Shown here piece by piece: positions 47,876-57,609 of a stretch of 64,000 nucleotides of DNA (position 1 is its first letter; every line of letters starts with the position of its first letter). This stretch comes from Candidatus Latescibacterota bacterium. GTDB lineage: Bacteria; Latescibacterota; UBA2968; UBA8231. The notes beneath the pieces were generated by a model. It was not told where the DNA came from, did not search any database, and was given only the letters and a program-made list of their open reading frames with translations. The DNA lies in contig OZ252098.1 in NCBI GenBank assembly GCA_965248355.1, forward strand, positions 2,016,001 to 2,080,000, given 5' to 3'. Made by a program: the position numbers and the translations under genes.

Positions 47876-49314
47876 GTCTCGCCGAGCTCACCGCCCACGA
47901 GGCGCTGGACCGGCTCGAATCCGGCGAGCTCACCTCCACGGAGCTGACGCGCAGCGTCCTCGACCGGGTCGAGTCCCGCGAGCCCGAGGTCAACGCCTAC
48001 ATCAGCGTCGACGCCGACGGCGCTCTGGACCGGGCCGCCGACGTCGACCGGCGGCGGAGAGCCGGACAGCCCGTGGGCGCCCTGGCGGGGGTGCCGCTGG
48101 CCGTCAAGGACGTCCTTTGCGTCCGCGGCGGGCCGACCACCTGCGGTTCGGCGATTCTGCGCGGCTACGTCGCCCCCTACGACGCCACCGCCGTGGACCT
48201 CGTGCGGCGGGCCGATGCCGTCCTCGTGGGCAAGACCAACATGGACGAGTTCGCCATGGGCTCTTCCACCGAGAGCTCCGCCTTCGGACCCACCCGGAAC
48301 CCCGTCGATCCCGGCCGGGTGCCGGGCGGATCGAGCGGCGGCTCGGCCGCCGCCGTGGCCGCCCACGAGACCGTCCTCGCCCTCGGATCCGACACGGGCG
48401 GCTCGGTGCGCCAGCCGGCGGCCTATTGCGGCGTCGTCGGGCTCAAGCCCACCTACGGCCGCGTCTCCCGCTACGGGCTGGTGGCCTACGCCTCCTCCCT
48501 CGATCAGATCGGCCCGCTGGCCAAGGACGTGGAGGACGCGGCCCTCCTGCTGGGCGTCATCGCCGGCCACGACCCGAGGGACGCGACGTCCGTGGACCGG
48601 GCCGTGCCCGACTACCGGACGAAACTCATGGCGGGGGTCGGGGGTCTCAGGATCGGTTGGGCCAGGGAGTTCTATGCCCGGGGTCTCGACGAGGAGATCC
48701 GGGCCGCCGCCGAGACCGCGGCCCGGCGGCTGGCCGGGGCGGGCGGCGAAATCGTCGACGTCTCCCTGTCGGTGGCCGGCCACCCGGACTACTGTGTGAG
48801 CTGCTACTACGTGATCGCCATGGCCGAGGCCTCGGCCAACCTGTCGCGCTTCGACGGCGTGCGCTACGGGTTCCGGGCCGAGGAGCCCCGCGACCTGCAG
48901 GATCTGTACCGCCGCACCCGGAGCCAGGGTTTCGGCGCGGAGGTGCAGCGGAGGATCATGATCGGCGCCTACGTCCTCAGCGCGGGCTACTACGACGCCT
49001 ACTACCTCAAGGCCCAGAAGGTCCGTACCCTCATCCGGCGCGACTTCGAGCGCGCCTTCGAGAGCTGTGACCTGCTGCTGTCGCCGGTGGCTCCGACCAC
49101 GGCCTTCCGCCTCGGCGAGCAGCTCGACGACCCGCTGCAGATGTACCTCAACGACATCTACACCACATCCGTGAACCTGGCCGGCCTGCCCGGCATCTCG
49201 GTGCCCGTGGCCCGGTCGGCCGACGGGCTGCCGATCGGCGTCCAGCTGATGGCCCGCCCCTTCGAGGAGGCGACGCTGCTGCGGGGCGCCTACGTCCTCG
49301 AGCAGGCCGCCTGA
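47872..49314 (+). CDS. gatA: Asp/Glu-tRNA amidotransferase subunit A
   Basis: [48 protein letters not shown]; conserved N-terminus extends to a CTG at 47872. Confidence 0.95.
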   Translation: MSLAELTAHEALDRLESGELTSTELTRSVLDRVESREPEVNAYISVDADGALDRAADVDRRRRAGQPVGALAGVPLAVKDVLCVRGGPTTCGSAILRGYVAPYDATAVDLVRRADAVLVGKTNMDEFAMGSSTESSAFGPTRNPVDPGRVPGGSSGGSAAAVAAHETVLALGSDTGGSVRQPAAYCGVVGLKPTYGRVSRYGLVAYASSLDQIGPLAKDVEDAALLLGVIAGHDPRDATSVDRAVPDYRTKLMAGVGGLRIGWAREFYARGLDEEIRAAAETAARRLAGAGGEIVDVSLSVAGHPDYCVSCYYVIAMAEASANLSRFDGVRYGFRAEEPRDLQDLYRRTRSQGFGAEVQRRIMIGAYVLSAGYYDAYYLKAQKVRTLIRRDFERAFESCDLLLSPVAPTTAFRLGEQLDDPLQMYLNDIYTTSVNLAGLPGISVPVARSADGLPIGVQLMARPFEEATLLRGAYVLEQAA

Positions 49315-49330
49315 CCCCCCGGAGTCCGCC

Positions 49331-50251
49331 ATGTCCTCCACCGCCCTCCGCCTCGCCCTGCTGACGGGGCTCTCCGTGAGCCCGGCCTGGGCCATCAACG
49401 ACAACGCCGGAACCGCCGGGTTCAGCTTCCTCAAGATCGGCGTCGGAGCGAGGGCCGCCGCCCTGGGCGGCTCCTTCACCGCCGTCCGCGGCGATCTCGA
49501 GGCGGCCGCCTGGAACCCGGCCGGCGTCTTTGACGTGGGCGCCCGGTCGGCGGCTGTCTCCCTGACCCGGTACGTCATCGACACCCAGGCCGGTTTTCTC
49601 GCCGTGGCCCTGCCGTCGGGGCCCCGGATGTGGGCGCTGAGCACCAACTACGTCAGCTACGGGGAGATGACGGAGACCGACGCGGACGGGCAGGACCTGG
49701 GCACCTTCGGCGCCTTTGACATGGCCACCGCGGTGACGGCGGCCCAGAAGGTCTGGAAGGACCGTCTCACCCTGGGGGCCAGCGCCAAGTGGATCTACTC
49801 CAGCATCCACGACTACACCTCCGACGCCTACGCCGTCGACCTCGGCGTTCTGGTCCGGGGGCCGGTTTCGGGCATGACCATCGGCGGCTCCCTGTCCAAC
49901 CTGGGCTCGGTGCGCAGCGGCTTCACCGACGGCTACGAGGACGCCCTGCCGGTCCTGATGCGGGCCGGGGTCACCCATCACCCCGCCCACTTCCCCATCC
50001 CTCTCATGCTCTCCGTCGACTTCACCGTGCCCAACGACAACGATCCCTACGTCACCTTCGGGGCGGAGCTGAAGCTGGCCGGGGGTCTCTACCTGCGGCC
50101 GGGCTACAGCCTCCGGCAGGAGGACGACGAGGCTCTCGGCCTCTCCACGGGCGGCGGTCTGGAGATGAAGAACCTGCGGATCGACTACGCCTACTCCTCC
50201 CTGCCCGCCCTCGGCGGTATCCACCGCCTCAGTCTCAGGGGCCGGATCTAG
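49331..50251 (+). CDS. PorV/PorQ family outer-membrane beta-barrel
   Basis: Signal peptide, GTAGFSFLKIGVGARAAALG...WNPAG, IDYAY, alternating beta strands. Confidence 0.82.
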   Translation: MSSTALRLALLTGLSVSPAWAINDNAGTAGFSFLKIGVGARAAALGGSFTAVRGDLEAAAWNPAGVFDVGARSAAVSLTRYVIDTQAGFLAVALPSGPRMWALSTNYVSYGEMTETDADGQDLGTFGAFDMATAVTAAQKVWKDRLTLGASAKWIYSSIHDYTSDAYAVDLGVLVRGPVSGMTIGGSLSNLGSVRSGFTDGYEDALPVLMRAGVTHHPAHFPIPLMLSVDFTVPNDNDPYVTFGAELKLAGGLYLRPGYSLRQEDDEALGLSTGGGLEMKNLRIDYAYSSLPALGGIHRLSLRGRI

Positions 50252-50289
50252 GCGTCGAGAGCCCCGGAGGAAGCCCTCCGGGTCGTGCG

Positions 50290-51012
50290 TCAGGGTCCCT
50301 CCTCGGCGCGGCCCGTCATCGGCACGAAGCGCACCGGCAACAGGCGCTCGAGGGTGGTCCCCTCCTCGCCCCGGGTGATGCGGACCAGCTCCTGGTACCT
50401 CTCTCCCACCGGCATCACCAGGCGGCCCCCCGGGGCGAGCTGCTCCACGAGCCTGGGGGGCACGTGGCCGGGGGCCGCCGTGACCATGATCCCGTCGAAG
50501 GGGGCGTGCTCCGGCCACCCGAAATACCCGTCCCCGGCGCGCACGTGCACGTTGTCGTACCCCAGGCCGGCGAGCCGCTCCCCGGCGCTCTCGGCGAGCT
50601 CGGGCAGGATCTCGATGGTGTAGACCTCGGCGGCGAGCAGGGAGAGGACCGCCGCCTGGTACCCGGAGCCGGTGCCGATCTCGAGGACGCGGTCCCCTTC
50701 TTCCACACCGAGGGCCTGGGTCATGTAGGCCACGATGTAGGGCTGGGAGATCGTCTGCCGCAGGCCGATGGACAGCGGGTGGTCGGCATAGGCCCGGACG
50801 CGCTCGGCCTCGGGGACGAAGAGGTGCCGGGGCACCTGCCCCATGACGGCGAGCACCCCCTCGTCGGTGATGTCGCGGCCCCGGAGCTGGGTGCGCACCA
50901 TCTCCCGGCGCGGCCCCTCCCAGGCGTCGGCGGAGACCCCCGGCGCGCCCGGGTCGGGGCGGCAGGCGAGCAGCACCGCCGCCAGAAGGATCCGCCCGGA
51001 GGCCCCTCGCAC
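50290..51012 (-). CDS. pcm: Protein-L-isoaspartate O-methyltransferase with lipoprotein-like leader
   Basis: VPRHLFV, AYAD, QTISQPY, LEIGTGSGYQAA, GDGY.GW, VRFVPM. Confidence 0.95.
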   Translation of the reverse strand: MRGASGRILLAAVLLACRPDPGAPGVSADAWEGPRREMVRTQLRGRDITDEGVLAVMGQVPRHLFVPEAERVRAYADHPLSIGLRQTISQPYIVAYMTQALGVEEGDRVLEIGTGSGYQAAVLSLLAAEVYTIEILPELAESAGERLAGLGYDNVHVRAGDGYFGWPEHAPFDGIMVTAAPGHVPPRLVEQLAPGGRLVMPVGERYQELVRITRGEEGTTLERLLPVRFVPMTGRAEEGP

Positions 51013-51029
51013 GGCTCCCACGGCGAGGG

Positions 51030-51479
51030 TCAGCTCTCGTAGGCCTCCCGGAAGGCCTTCAGGGTCTCCCGGAGGGCGGCGGGGTGGGCCAGGTCCGTCG
51101 TCTGCTTGCTCTTCATGGCGTGGACCAGCAGCTTGTGCAGCCGCGCGAGCTGGTCGCGGTAGGCCTCGACCGCCGCCGAGTCGCTCTCGTCCGGCAGCTT
51201 GATGCGCTGGGCGAGGAAGTACTGGGTCACCGTCTCCCGGATGCGGTCGGCGTGGCTCTCCTTGTTCATCACCCAGCGGGCGATCTGGTTGGCGTTGGCG
51301 CCGGGGTCGGCGGACAGCTCGGTGATCTGCCGCATCGACTTCTCCACGGTGCGGATGTCCTCGTCGAGGGACGCGAACCGCAGGTCGTCTCCGTAGATGC
51401 CGCAGGGGATCTCGCAATGGCCGAAGGCGCCGGCGGCGCTGACGCAGAGGGTTGCACACAGGATCGCTAGCCTGGACAT
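51030..51479 (-). CDS. sodN: Nickel superoxide dismutase with signal-peptide-like leader
   Basis: Ni-hook HCEIPCGIY after MSRLAILCATLCVSAAGAFG; NQIARWV.NKE.HA; AGGAG SD. Confidence 0.9.
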   Translation of the reverse strand: MSRLAILCATLCVSAAGAFGHCEIPCGIYGDDLRFASLDEDIRTVEKSMRQITELSADPGANANQIARWVMNKESHADRIRETVTQYFLAQRIKLPDESDSAAVEAYRDQLARLHKLLVHAMKSKQTTDLAHPAALRETLKAFREAYES

Positions 51480-52419
51480 GATTCGTTCTCCTCTCTTGTC
51501 ATGGGGTCCCGCAATCTTACCCGCCCTCCTGCTGCTCTGCAACCACGGTTGCGGACCCATGGCGCAATGGCGGGGGGGCAGCGATGAACTCTACGTGAGC
51601 CGCGTGCTCCTGGCCCCGGGCGTGTTCACGTCCGGCATCGAGGGTCCGGTCTGCGACCGCGCCGGCAACCTCTACGCCGTCAACTTCGGCCGCCGGGGCA
51701 CCATCGGCCTGGTGACCCCCGCCGGCGAGGCGAGCCTGTTCCTGGAGCTTCCGCCGGGCAGCACGGGCAACGGCCTGCGTTTCGACCCCCGGGGGCGGCT
51801 GCTCATCGCCGACTACACCGGCCACCAGGTGCTCCGCGTCGACATGGGGACGCGCGCCGTCGAGGTCCTGGCCCACGAGCCGGGCTTCCACCAGCCCAAC
51901 GACCTGGCCGTCACCGCCGGGGGCGTGATCTTCGCCAGCGATCCGGACTGGCGCGAGTCCACGGGCCGGGTGTGGCGCGTCGACCCCGGCGGCGCCGTGA
52001 CCCTGCTGGCGCGGATGGGCACGACGAACGGCATCGAGGTCGGCCCCGGCGAGCGCACCCTGTACGTGAACGAGTCCGTGCAGCGCAGCGTGTGGGCCTT
52101 CGACCTGGAGGCGGACGGGACCCTGGGCGGCAAGCGCCTGCTCATCCGCTTTGCCGACCACGGCCTGGACGGCATGCGCTGCGACGTGGCCGGCAACCTC
52201 TACGTCACCCGCTACGGCAAGGGCACGGTCGCCAGGATCTCGCCGGAGGGGGAGCTGCTACGGGAGGTGGAGCTCACCGGGGCCAGGCCGAGCAACCTCG
52301 CCTTCGGAGGCCCCGACGGCCGGACCTGCTACGTCACCCTGCAGGACCAGGGCAACGTCGAGGTCTTCCGCGTCGAGGAGCCGGGCCGCGCCTGGCGGCT
52401 GGCTCGGCGGCGGCCATGA
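51478..52419 (+). CDS. SMP-30/gluconolactonase family protein
   Basis: IEGP, GNGL, QPNDL, TNGI, DGMRCD..GNLY, SNLAFGG; start 51478 or 51559. Confidence 0.9.
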   Translation: MIRSPLLSWGPAILPALLLLCNHGCGPMAQWRGGSDELYVSRVLLAPGVFTSGIEGPVCDRAGNLYAVNFGRRGTIGLVTPAGEASLFLELPPGSTGNGLRFDPRGRLLIADYTGHQVLRVDMGTRAVEVLAHEPGFHQPNDLAVTAGGVIFASDPDWRESTGRVWRVDPGGAVTLLARMGTTNGIEVGPGERTLYVNESVQRSVWAFDLEADGTLGGKRLLIRFADHGLDGMRCDVAGNLYVTRYGKGTVARISPEGELLREVELTGARPSNLAFGGPDGRTCYVTLQDQGNVEVFRVEEPGRAWRLARRRP

Positions 52420-52451
52420 AAAAAGCCCGCTTCCAGGGGCTGGAAGGGGCT
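52419..52451 (-). terminator. Rho-independent terminator downstream of DUF151 gene
   Basis: Minus strand AGCCCCTTCCAG-CCC-CTGGAAGCGGGCT followed by T run. Confidence 0.75.
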
Positions 52452-52479
52452 CTCGGGCCGGGGATCGGTGGCGGTGTGC

Positions 52480-53172
52480 TCAGTCGCCGGAGCCCTGCTC
52501 GAGCTCGATGATCTGGTCGCGGAGGCGAGCCGCTTCCTCGTAGGCTTCTTCGGCCACCAGGCGGCCGAGCTGGGCCTTGAGGGCGTCGAGCTCGGTGGGC
52601 GCCTCGACCGGCGCGGGCCCCGGGGAGGCGCCGCCGTCCCCTTCGAGAGCCTGCGATGCCGGGGCGGGCTCCTCCTCCACCGCCTCCTCGGCGGCCGGCT
52701 GCTCGGCGCCGGACAGCTCTTCCAGTTCGTCGATGTTGAGCACGCTCAACTGCCGGCCCGCCTCCTCCATCACCTCGGGGCTCATGAAGATGGGGATGTT
52801 CATGAGGGTGGTCAGGATCATGCCGTCGCTGGGGCGGCAGTCGAGGTAGAAGACCTCGTCCTGGGTCTGGATCAGCAGGTAGGCGTGGAAGGTCTCGTCC
52901 TTCAGAGTGTGGATGACGAGCTGGTGGACCTTGCCCTTCACCTTGTCCAGCAGGTTCTGCAGCAGGTTGTGGGTCAGGGGGCGGGGAAAGGAGACCTGCT
53001 GCATGGCCATCACCAGGTAGCGGCCCTCGGGACAGCCGATGGAGATGGGGACGAAGCGGCCTTCCTCTCCCTTCAGAACGACGATGAGGGACTCCGGCGG
53101 CGTCACATCGGGGACCGAATAGATGCGCCAGATCTGAACGGGGATGAGGTGGTCGTTTTTTGTCTTCTTCAT
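52480..53172 (-). CDS. Bifunctional nuclease family (DUF151) protein with C-terminal UvrB/C motif
   Basis: PISIG..E, RPLTHNL, DCRPSDG, EEAYEEAARLRDQI. Confidence 0.88.
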   Translation of the reverse strand: MKKTKNDHLIPVQIWRIYSVPDVTPPESLIVVLKGEEGRFVPISIGCPEGRYLVMAMQQVSFPRPLTHNLLQNLLDKVKGKVHQLVIHTLKDETFHAYLLIQTQDEVFYLDCRPSDGMILTTLMNIPIFMSPEVMEEAGRQLSVLNIDELEELSGAEQPAAEEAVEEEPAPASQALEGDGGASPGPAPVEAPTELDALKAQLGRLVAEEAYEEAARLRDQIIELEQGSGD

Positions 53173-53208
53173 CGGAAAGGGCACGCCGTCTCCGCGGCGG
53201 CGGCAACA

Positions 53209-53236
53209 AATATACCCGATGAAGGAGGAGAATCAA
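53209..53236 (-). promoter_or_regulatory. Sigma70-type promoter
   Basis: Minus strand TTGATT-N16-TATATT. Confidence 0.55.
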
Positions 53237-53256
53237 GCATCGAGAGGCCCGGTCCT

Positions 53257-53973
53257 TTACATGAGGCCGCGCTCCTTCAGGCTGAGGAAATCGCTCTCGC
53301 TGAAGATGATGTGATCGAGGATGTCGATGCCCATGATGCCTCCGGCCTCGACCAGTCGCCGGGTGAGCTCGATGTCCTCCTTGCTCGGCGTCACATCCCC
53401 GGATGGATGGTTGTGGGCGAGGATGATGCTGGCCGCCGCCCTCGTCACCGCCACCTGGAAGACCTCGCGCGGGTGGACGATGGACGCCGACAGGGACCCG
53501 ATGGAGATCACCTCCTTGTGGACCACCTGGTTGCGGGCGTTGAGATAGAGGCACAGGAAGTGCTCTCGCCGCTGGCCCTTCAGCTCCGTCAGCAGGGGCA
53601 GGGTATCGGTCGGGCAGGAGACGATGGGCTGCACGCCCAGACCCTTGTGCAGGCCCCTCCGGGCCAGCTCGAAGGCGGCCACCAGGACCCCCGCCTTGAC
53701 CCGGCCGATCCCCTTCAGCCGGCGCAGCTCCAAGGCCTCCATGGCGACGATCTCCTCGACGCCGTGCCGGTCGCAGATGGCGCTGGCCACCTCCAGCACG
53801 CCGCGCCCCCGGTACCCGGTGCCGAGGACCACGGCCATCAGCTCGTGGTCCCTGAGGCCCTCCGGACCGCAGCGGTCCAGGCGCTCGCGCGGCAGGTCCT
53901 CGGGATGCGCGTCCTGGCCGTTGGCGCCGTCGACGGGCGCGCCGCACGGGTCCTGCGCATACAGCTCTGACAT
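53257..53973 (-). CDS. radC: RadC family (JAB/MPN domain) protein
   Basis: PRERL...G...L.DHEL, KGIG.VKA, VHPREVF, AHNHPSGD..PS..D, LDHII. Confidence 0.95.
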   Translation of the reverse strand: MSELYAQDPCGAPVDGANGQDAHPEDLPRERLDRCGPEGLRDHELMAVVLGTGYRGRGVLEVASAICDRHGVEEIVAMEALELRRLKGIGRVKAGVLVAAFELARRGLHKGLGVQPIVSCPTDTLPLLTELKGQRREHFLCLYLNARNQVVHKEVISIGSLSASIVHPREVFQVAVTRAAASIILAHNHPSGDVTPSKEDIELTRRLVEAGGIMGIDILDHIIFSESDFLSLKERGLM

Positions 53974-54164
53974 TGGTCCCCTCCTGTAGCGGCGGTACGT
54001 GCACGGAACCACCCGGTCCTGTGTCCTGAGGAACACGCCCCGGGGCCGGCGGACCTCTCCCGCGCCGACCCCGGCCGTCATGGCAAGCACAGGCCGTGCC
54101 ACCTTCTCCGTCGATCCGGCCCCTCACCGGTCCCGCTCCCCGGGGCGGGCCTATATTCCACCCG

Positions 54165-56699
54165 ATGACCTTCCCGCCCTCTCTCTCCCGCCGGCTCGGG
54201 GGAACCTGGCCCCCGGCCCTCCTGACCGGCGGCCTGCTGGCCCTCGCCTTCCCCTGCCATCCGCAGAACCCGGCCGCCTTGGCCTACGGCCCGGGCTGGG
54301 CCTGGATCGCCCTGGCGCCGCTGCTCCACGCCCTCGCCGGCCGGCCGCGCGCGGCCGAGGCCTTCCGGCCGGGATGGCTGGCGGGCTTCGTCTTCTACCT
54401 GGCGAGTCTCTACTGGGTGGCCCACACCCGGGGCGGCGGCCCGGCGGTGGTGGCCGGCACCGGCCTGATGGCCGTCTACCTGGCCCTGTTCACCGGTCTC
54501 TTCGCCGTGGCCCAGCGGAGCCTGTGCCGCCGTTTCGGATCTCCCGGACTGCTCGCCGCCCCGGTCCTGTGGACGACCATGGAGTACCTGCAGTCGGTGG
54601 GCGAGCTCGGCTTCCCCTGGCTCCTCCTGGGCCACAGCCAGGCCCGGCTCCCCGCCCTCGTCCAGTACGCCGAGCACACCGGCGTCTTCGGCGTCTCCTT
54701 CGCCGTGGTCCTCGCCAACGCCCTTCTGGCCCTGGCCCTGGCCTCCGGGGGCCGGGACCGCACCCGGGCCCTGGCGGCCGCCGCCGCGGTCCCCGCGCTC
54801 ACGGCGCTGCACGGGCTCCTCGTCCTCGGCGCCGCCGACGGACCGGGCCTGCGGGTCGCCGTCGTGCAGAACAACCTCGGCCTGGAGAAGTGGCGGCCGG
54901 GGGGGCTCCAGGCCAGCTTCGCCTCCCTGGACTCCCTCAGCCGCCGGGCGGAGCGGCCGGGGCTGATCGTCTGGCCGGAGACCGCCCTTCCCTGCAACCT
55001 CGACCGGCGCCCCGACTGCCGGCGGCGGATGCAGGATCTGGCCGATACCCTCCAGACGCCGATCCTCACCGGCGCCCCCGGCACCGACGCCGGCACGGGC
55101 GAGCCCCTCAACGCCGCCTTCCTGTTCTCCCCCGGCCGGGAGGAGGTGCCGGCCTACGCCAAGATGCACCTCGTGCCCTTCGGGGAGCGCACGCCCCTGC
55201 GCGACAGCCTTCCCCAGCTGCGCCGCATCGACTGGACGGCCCTGACGGGGGACCTGGCGCCGGCCGAGTTCGCCCGCGGCCGGCGGCGCACCCTGTTCAC
55301 CGCCGGCCCGGACTCGGCCCGCTTCGCCGTCCTCATCTGCTTCGAGTCGGTCTTCCCCGACTTCGTGCGCCGCTCGGTGCGGGAGGGCGCCGACTTCCTC
55401 GTCAACATCACCAACGACTCGTGGTTCGGGCCCACGGCGGGCCCCTATCAGCACGCCGATCTGGCCGTGCTGCGGGCCGTGGAGAACCGCGTCGCCATCG
55501 CCCGCTGCGCCACCAGCGGCGTCTCCCTGTTCATCGACCGCTACGGGCGCACCCGCGAGCGCACCGAGCTCGGCAGCGTCGACGTCCGCACCGGGGAGGT
55601 GGGCCTGGGCGGCCCCCCGACCTTGTACACCCGCTTCGGCGACTGGTTCGCCGCGGCCAACCTGATGGTCGCCGTCCTGCTCGTGGCCGGGGCCTGGTGG
55701 ACGGGGCGGAGGCGCCTGGTGGGCCGCCCGGCGGCCGGTGCGGAGGCCGGGGATGAGCCGGACATGGCCGGGGCAGCCGCCGGCGGCGACGGTCCGGACG
55801 GAGGAGAAGAGCCGGACGGGCCCCCCGCGCGGGGGGAGATGCCCTTCCTCGACCATCTCGAGGAGCTGCGCTGGCGCATCCTCAAGGCCCTGGGCGCCAT
55901 CGTCGCCGGCACCTGCCTGTGCTTCCTCTTCGTGGAGCCCCTCCTCGGCCTGCTGGTGCAGCCGTACGAGGAGGCCGTCCTCAGCCTGAAGGAGCAGGGC
56001 TCGCCGGGGGTCGTGGAGACGGTCCGCGGCTGGCTGACGGATCTGCGCGGCGTCGAGGTGGAGGAGCCGCACGTCGAGGACGCCACCGAGCCGGCCGTGC
56101 CCTACGGCAGCCAGCTGCAGTCCCTGCGGGTGATGACCTGGTTCTTCGTCTACCTGCAGGTCTCCCTCCTCGGCGGGTTCATCCTCGCCCTGCCCGTCGT
56201 GTTCTACCAGTTCTGGCGGTTCGTCGCCCCCGGTCTGCTGAGCACGGAGAGACGCCTCTTCGTGCCGCTCATGGCCATGAGCATCGGCTGCTTCGCCGCC
56301 GGCGCCGCCGTGGCCCACAGCGTCGTGCTGCCCATCGGGCTGCGGTTCTTCCTCAGCCTCGAGCCGAAGGACATGACCTCGCAGTGGGCGGTGGACGAGT
56401 ACATCGGCTTCGTGCTGCGGCTCCTCTTCGGCTTCGGCCTGGTCTTCGAGATGCCCGTGGTGAGCCTGTTCCTGGCCCGCCTCGGGCTGATCACGGCCGC
56501 CACCCTGCGGCGCGTGCGGCGCTACGCCGTGGTCGCCGTGTTCCTGGTGGCCGCCGTGTTCACGCCGCCGGACCCGCTCTCGCAGGTGATGATGGCCCTG
56601 CCCCTGATGGTCCTCTACGAGATCAGCATCTGGGTGGCGCACCTGGCCGGCCGCCGGACGGAGGAGCCCGAGGGCGGGGAGGAGCCCGGCGCCGCTTGA
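54165..56699 (+). CDS. lnt-tatC: In-frame fusion of apolipoprotein N-acyltransferase (Lnt) and TatC
   Basis: Lnt triad WPE, KMHLVPFGE, ICFES, ITNDSWF; then EMPFLDHLEELR, YQFWRFVAPGL, FEMP, TPPDPLSQ with no intervening stop. Confidence 0.85.
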   Translation: MTFPPSLSRRLGGTWPPALLTGGLLALAFPCHPQNPAALAYGPGWAWIALAPLLHALAGRPRAAEAFRPGWLAGFVFYLASLYWVAHTRGGGPAVVAGTGLMAVYLALFTGLFAVAQRSLCRRFGSPGLLAAPVLWTTMEYLQSVGELGFPWLLLGHSQARLPALVQYAEHTGVFGVSFAVVLANALLALALASGGRDRTRALAAAAAVPALTALHGLLVLGAADGPGLRVAVVQNNLGLEKWRPGGLQASFASLDSLSRRAERPGLIVWPETALPCNLDRRPDCRRRMQDLADTLQTPILTGAPGTDAGTGEPLNAAFLFSPGREEVPAYAKMHLVPFGERTPLRDSLPQLRRIDWTALTGDLAPAEFARGRRRTLFTAGPDSARFAVLICFESVFPDFVRRSVREGADFLVNITNDSWFGPTAGPYQHADLAVLRAVENRVAIARCATSGVSLFIDRYGRTRERTELGSVDVRTGEVGLGGPPTLYTRFGDWFAAANLMVAVLLVAGAWWTGRRRLVGRPAAGAEAGDEPDMAGAAAGGDGPDGGEEPDGPPARGEMPFLDHLEELRWRILKALGAIVAGTCLCFLFVEPLLGLLVQPYEEAVLSLKEQGSPGVVETVRGWLTDLRGVEVEEPHVEDATEPAVPYGSQLQSLRVMTWFFVYLQVSLLGGFILALPVVFYQFWRFVAPGLLSTERRLFVPLMAMSIGCFAAGAAVAHSVVLPIGLRFFLSLEPKDMTSQWAVDEYIGFVLRLLFGFGLVFEMPVVSLFLARLGLITAATLRRVRRYAVVAVFLVAAVFTPPDPLSQVMMALPLMVLYEISIWVAHLAGRRTEEPEGGEEPGAA

Positions 56700-56804
56700 C
56701 CGGTGAGGGTCCTGAGACGCCCGCTGCCGTCCCGCCTTGCTCGACGCCCGCCGCGGGGGCCCCGTATATTCCCGCCCCCTTTCCGACCTCCCAAGGAGAG
56801 CCCC

Positions 56805-57602
56805 ATGGCCAAGGAAACCACCCGCGTCGGCCTGATCGGCTACGGTCAGATCGGCTCCGCCGTGCGCGACATGATCGACGCCGACGGCGGCAACGGCATG
56901 GAGATCGTCTTCATCCACGACCAGGACCCCTCCCGGCTGCAGGACCTGCCCGGCGGCCTGGCCCTTCAGGACCTGTCCCGCTTCGAGGAGCGCGGCCCCG
57001 ACCTGGTGGTGGAGATGGCCCATCCCGCCGTGACCCGGGCCTGGGGCTCGAAGATCCTCGAGAAGACCGACTACATGTTCATCTCGGTGACGGCCCTGGC
57101 CGACCGGGAGATCGAGGCGGCCATCGAGGAAGCCACGGCCCGGCACGGCACCCGCGCCTTCGTGCCCCACGGCGGCGTCGTCGGCATGGACGCCCTGCTC
57201 GAGAACCGCGACGTGTGGGAGAGCGTGGACGTGATCATGAAGAAGCCGCCGAAGAACGTGGACTGCGCCGCCGTCGGCCTCGACCCCGAGAGCATCACCG
57301 AGGAGACCTGCCTCTACGACGGCCCCACGCGCGGCATCTGCCCCAAGTTCCCCCGCAACGTCAACACCCACGCCGCCATCGCCTACGCCGGCATCGGCTT
57401 CGACCGCACCCACTCGGTGCTGCTGGTGAACCCGGAGTGGGACACGGCCGTCGTCGCCATCCACGCCCGTGGCCCGGGGCTGGAGCTGAACGTGGAGCGC
57501 ACCGAGGGCATCATCGGCGTCACCGGGGCCAGCACCCCGGCCTCGATCTACAACACCGTGCAGATGATCGGCTCCACCGGCCCGGGCATCCACCTGAGAT
57601 AG
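56805..57602 (+). CDS. L-aspartate dehydrogenase-like protein (DUF108)
   Basis: GLIGYGQIG, PHGGVVGMD, KKPP, FPRNVN; AAGGAG SD. Confidence 0.8.
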   Translation: MAKETTRVGLIGYGQIGSAVRDMIDADGGNGMEIVFIHDQDPSRLQDLPGGLALQDLSRFEERGPDLVVEMAHPAVTRAWGSKILEKTDYMFISVTALADREIEAAIEEATARHGTRAFVPHGGVVGMDALLENRDVWESVDVIMKKPPKNVDCAAVGLDPESITEETCLYDGPTRGICPKFPRNVNTHAAIAYAGIGFDRTHSVLLVNPEWDTAVVAIHARGPGLELNVERTEGIIGVTGASTPASIYNTVQMIGSTGPGIHLR

Positions 57603-57609
57603 CCGTCCG

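Noticed and set aside
52480..53973. radC plus DUF151 nuclease as a defence or mobile module
   Set aside because: Full-length chromosomal-type RadC with host codon usage; the DUF151 gene has its own promoter; both are common housekeeping-type genes
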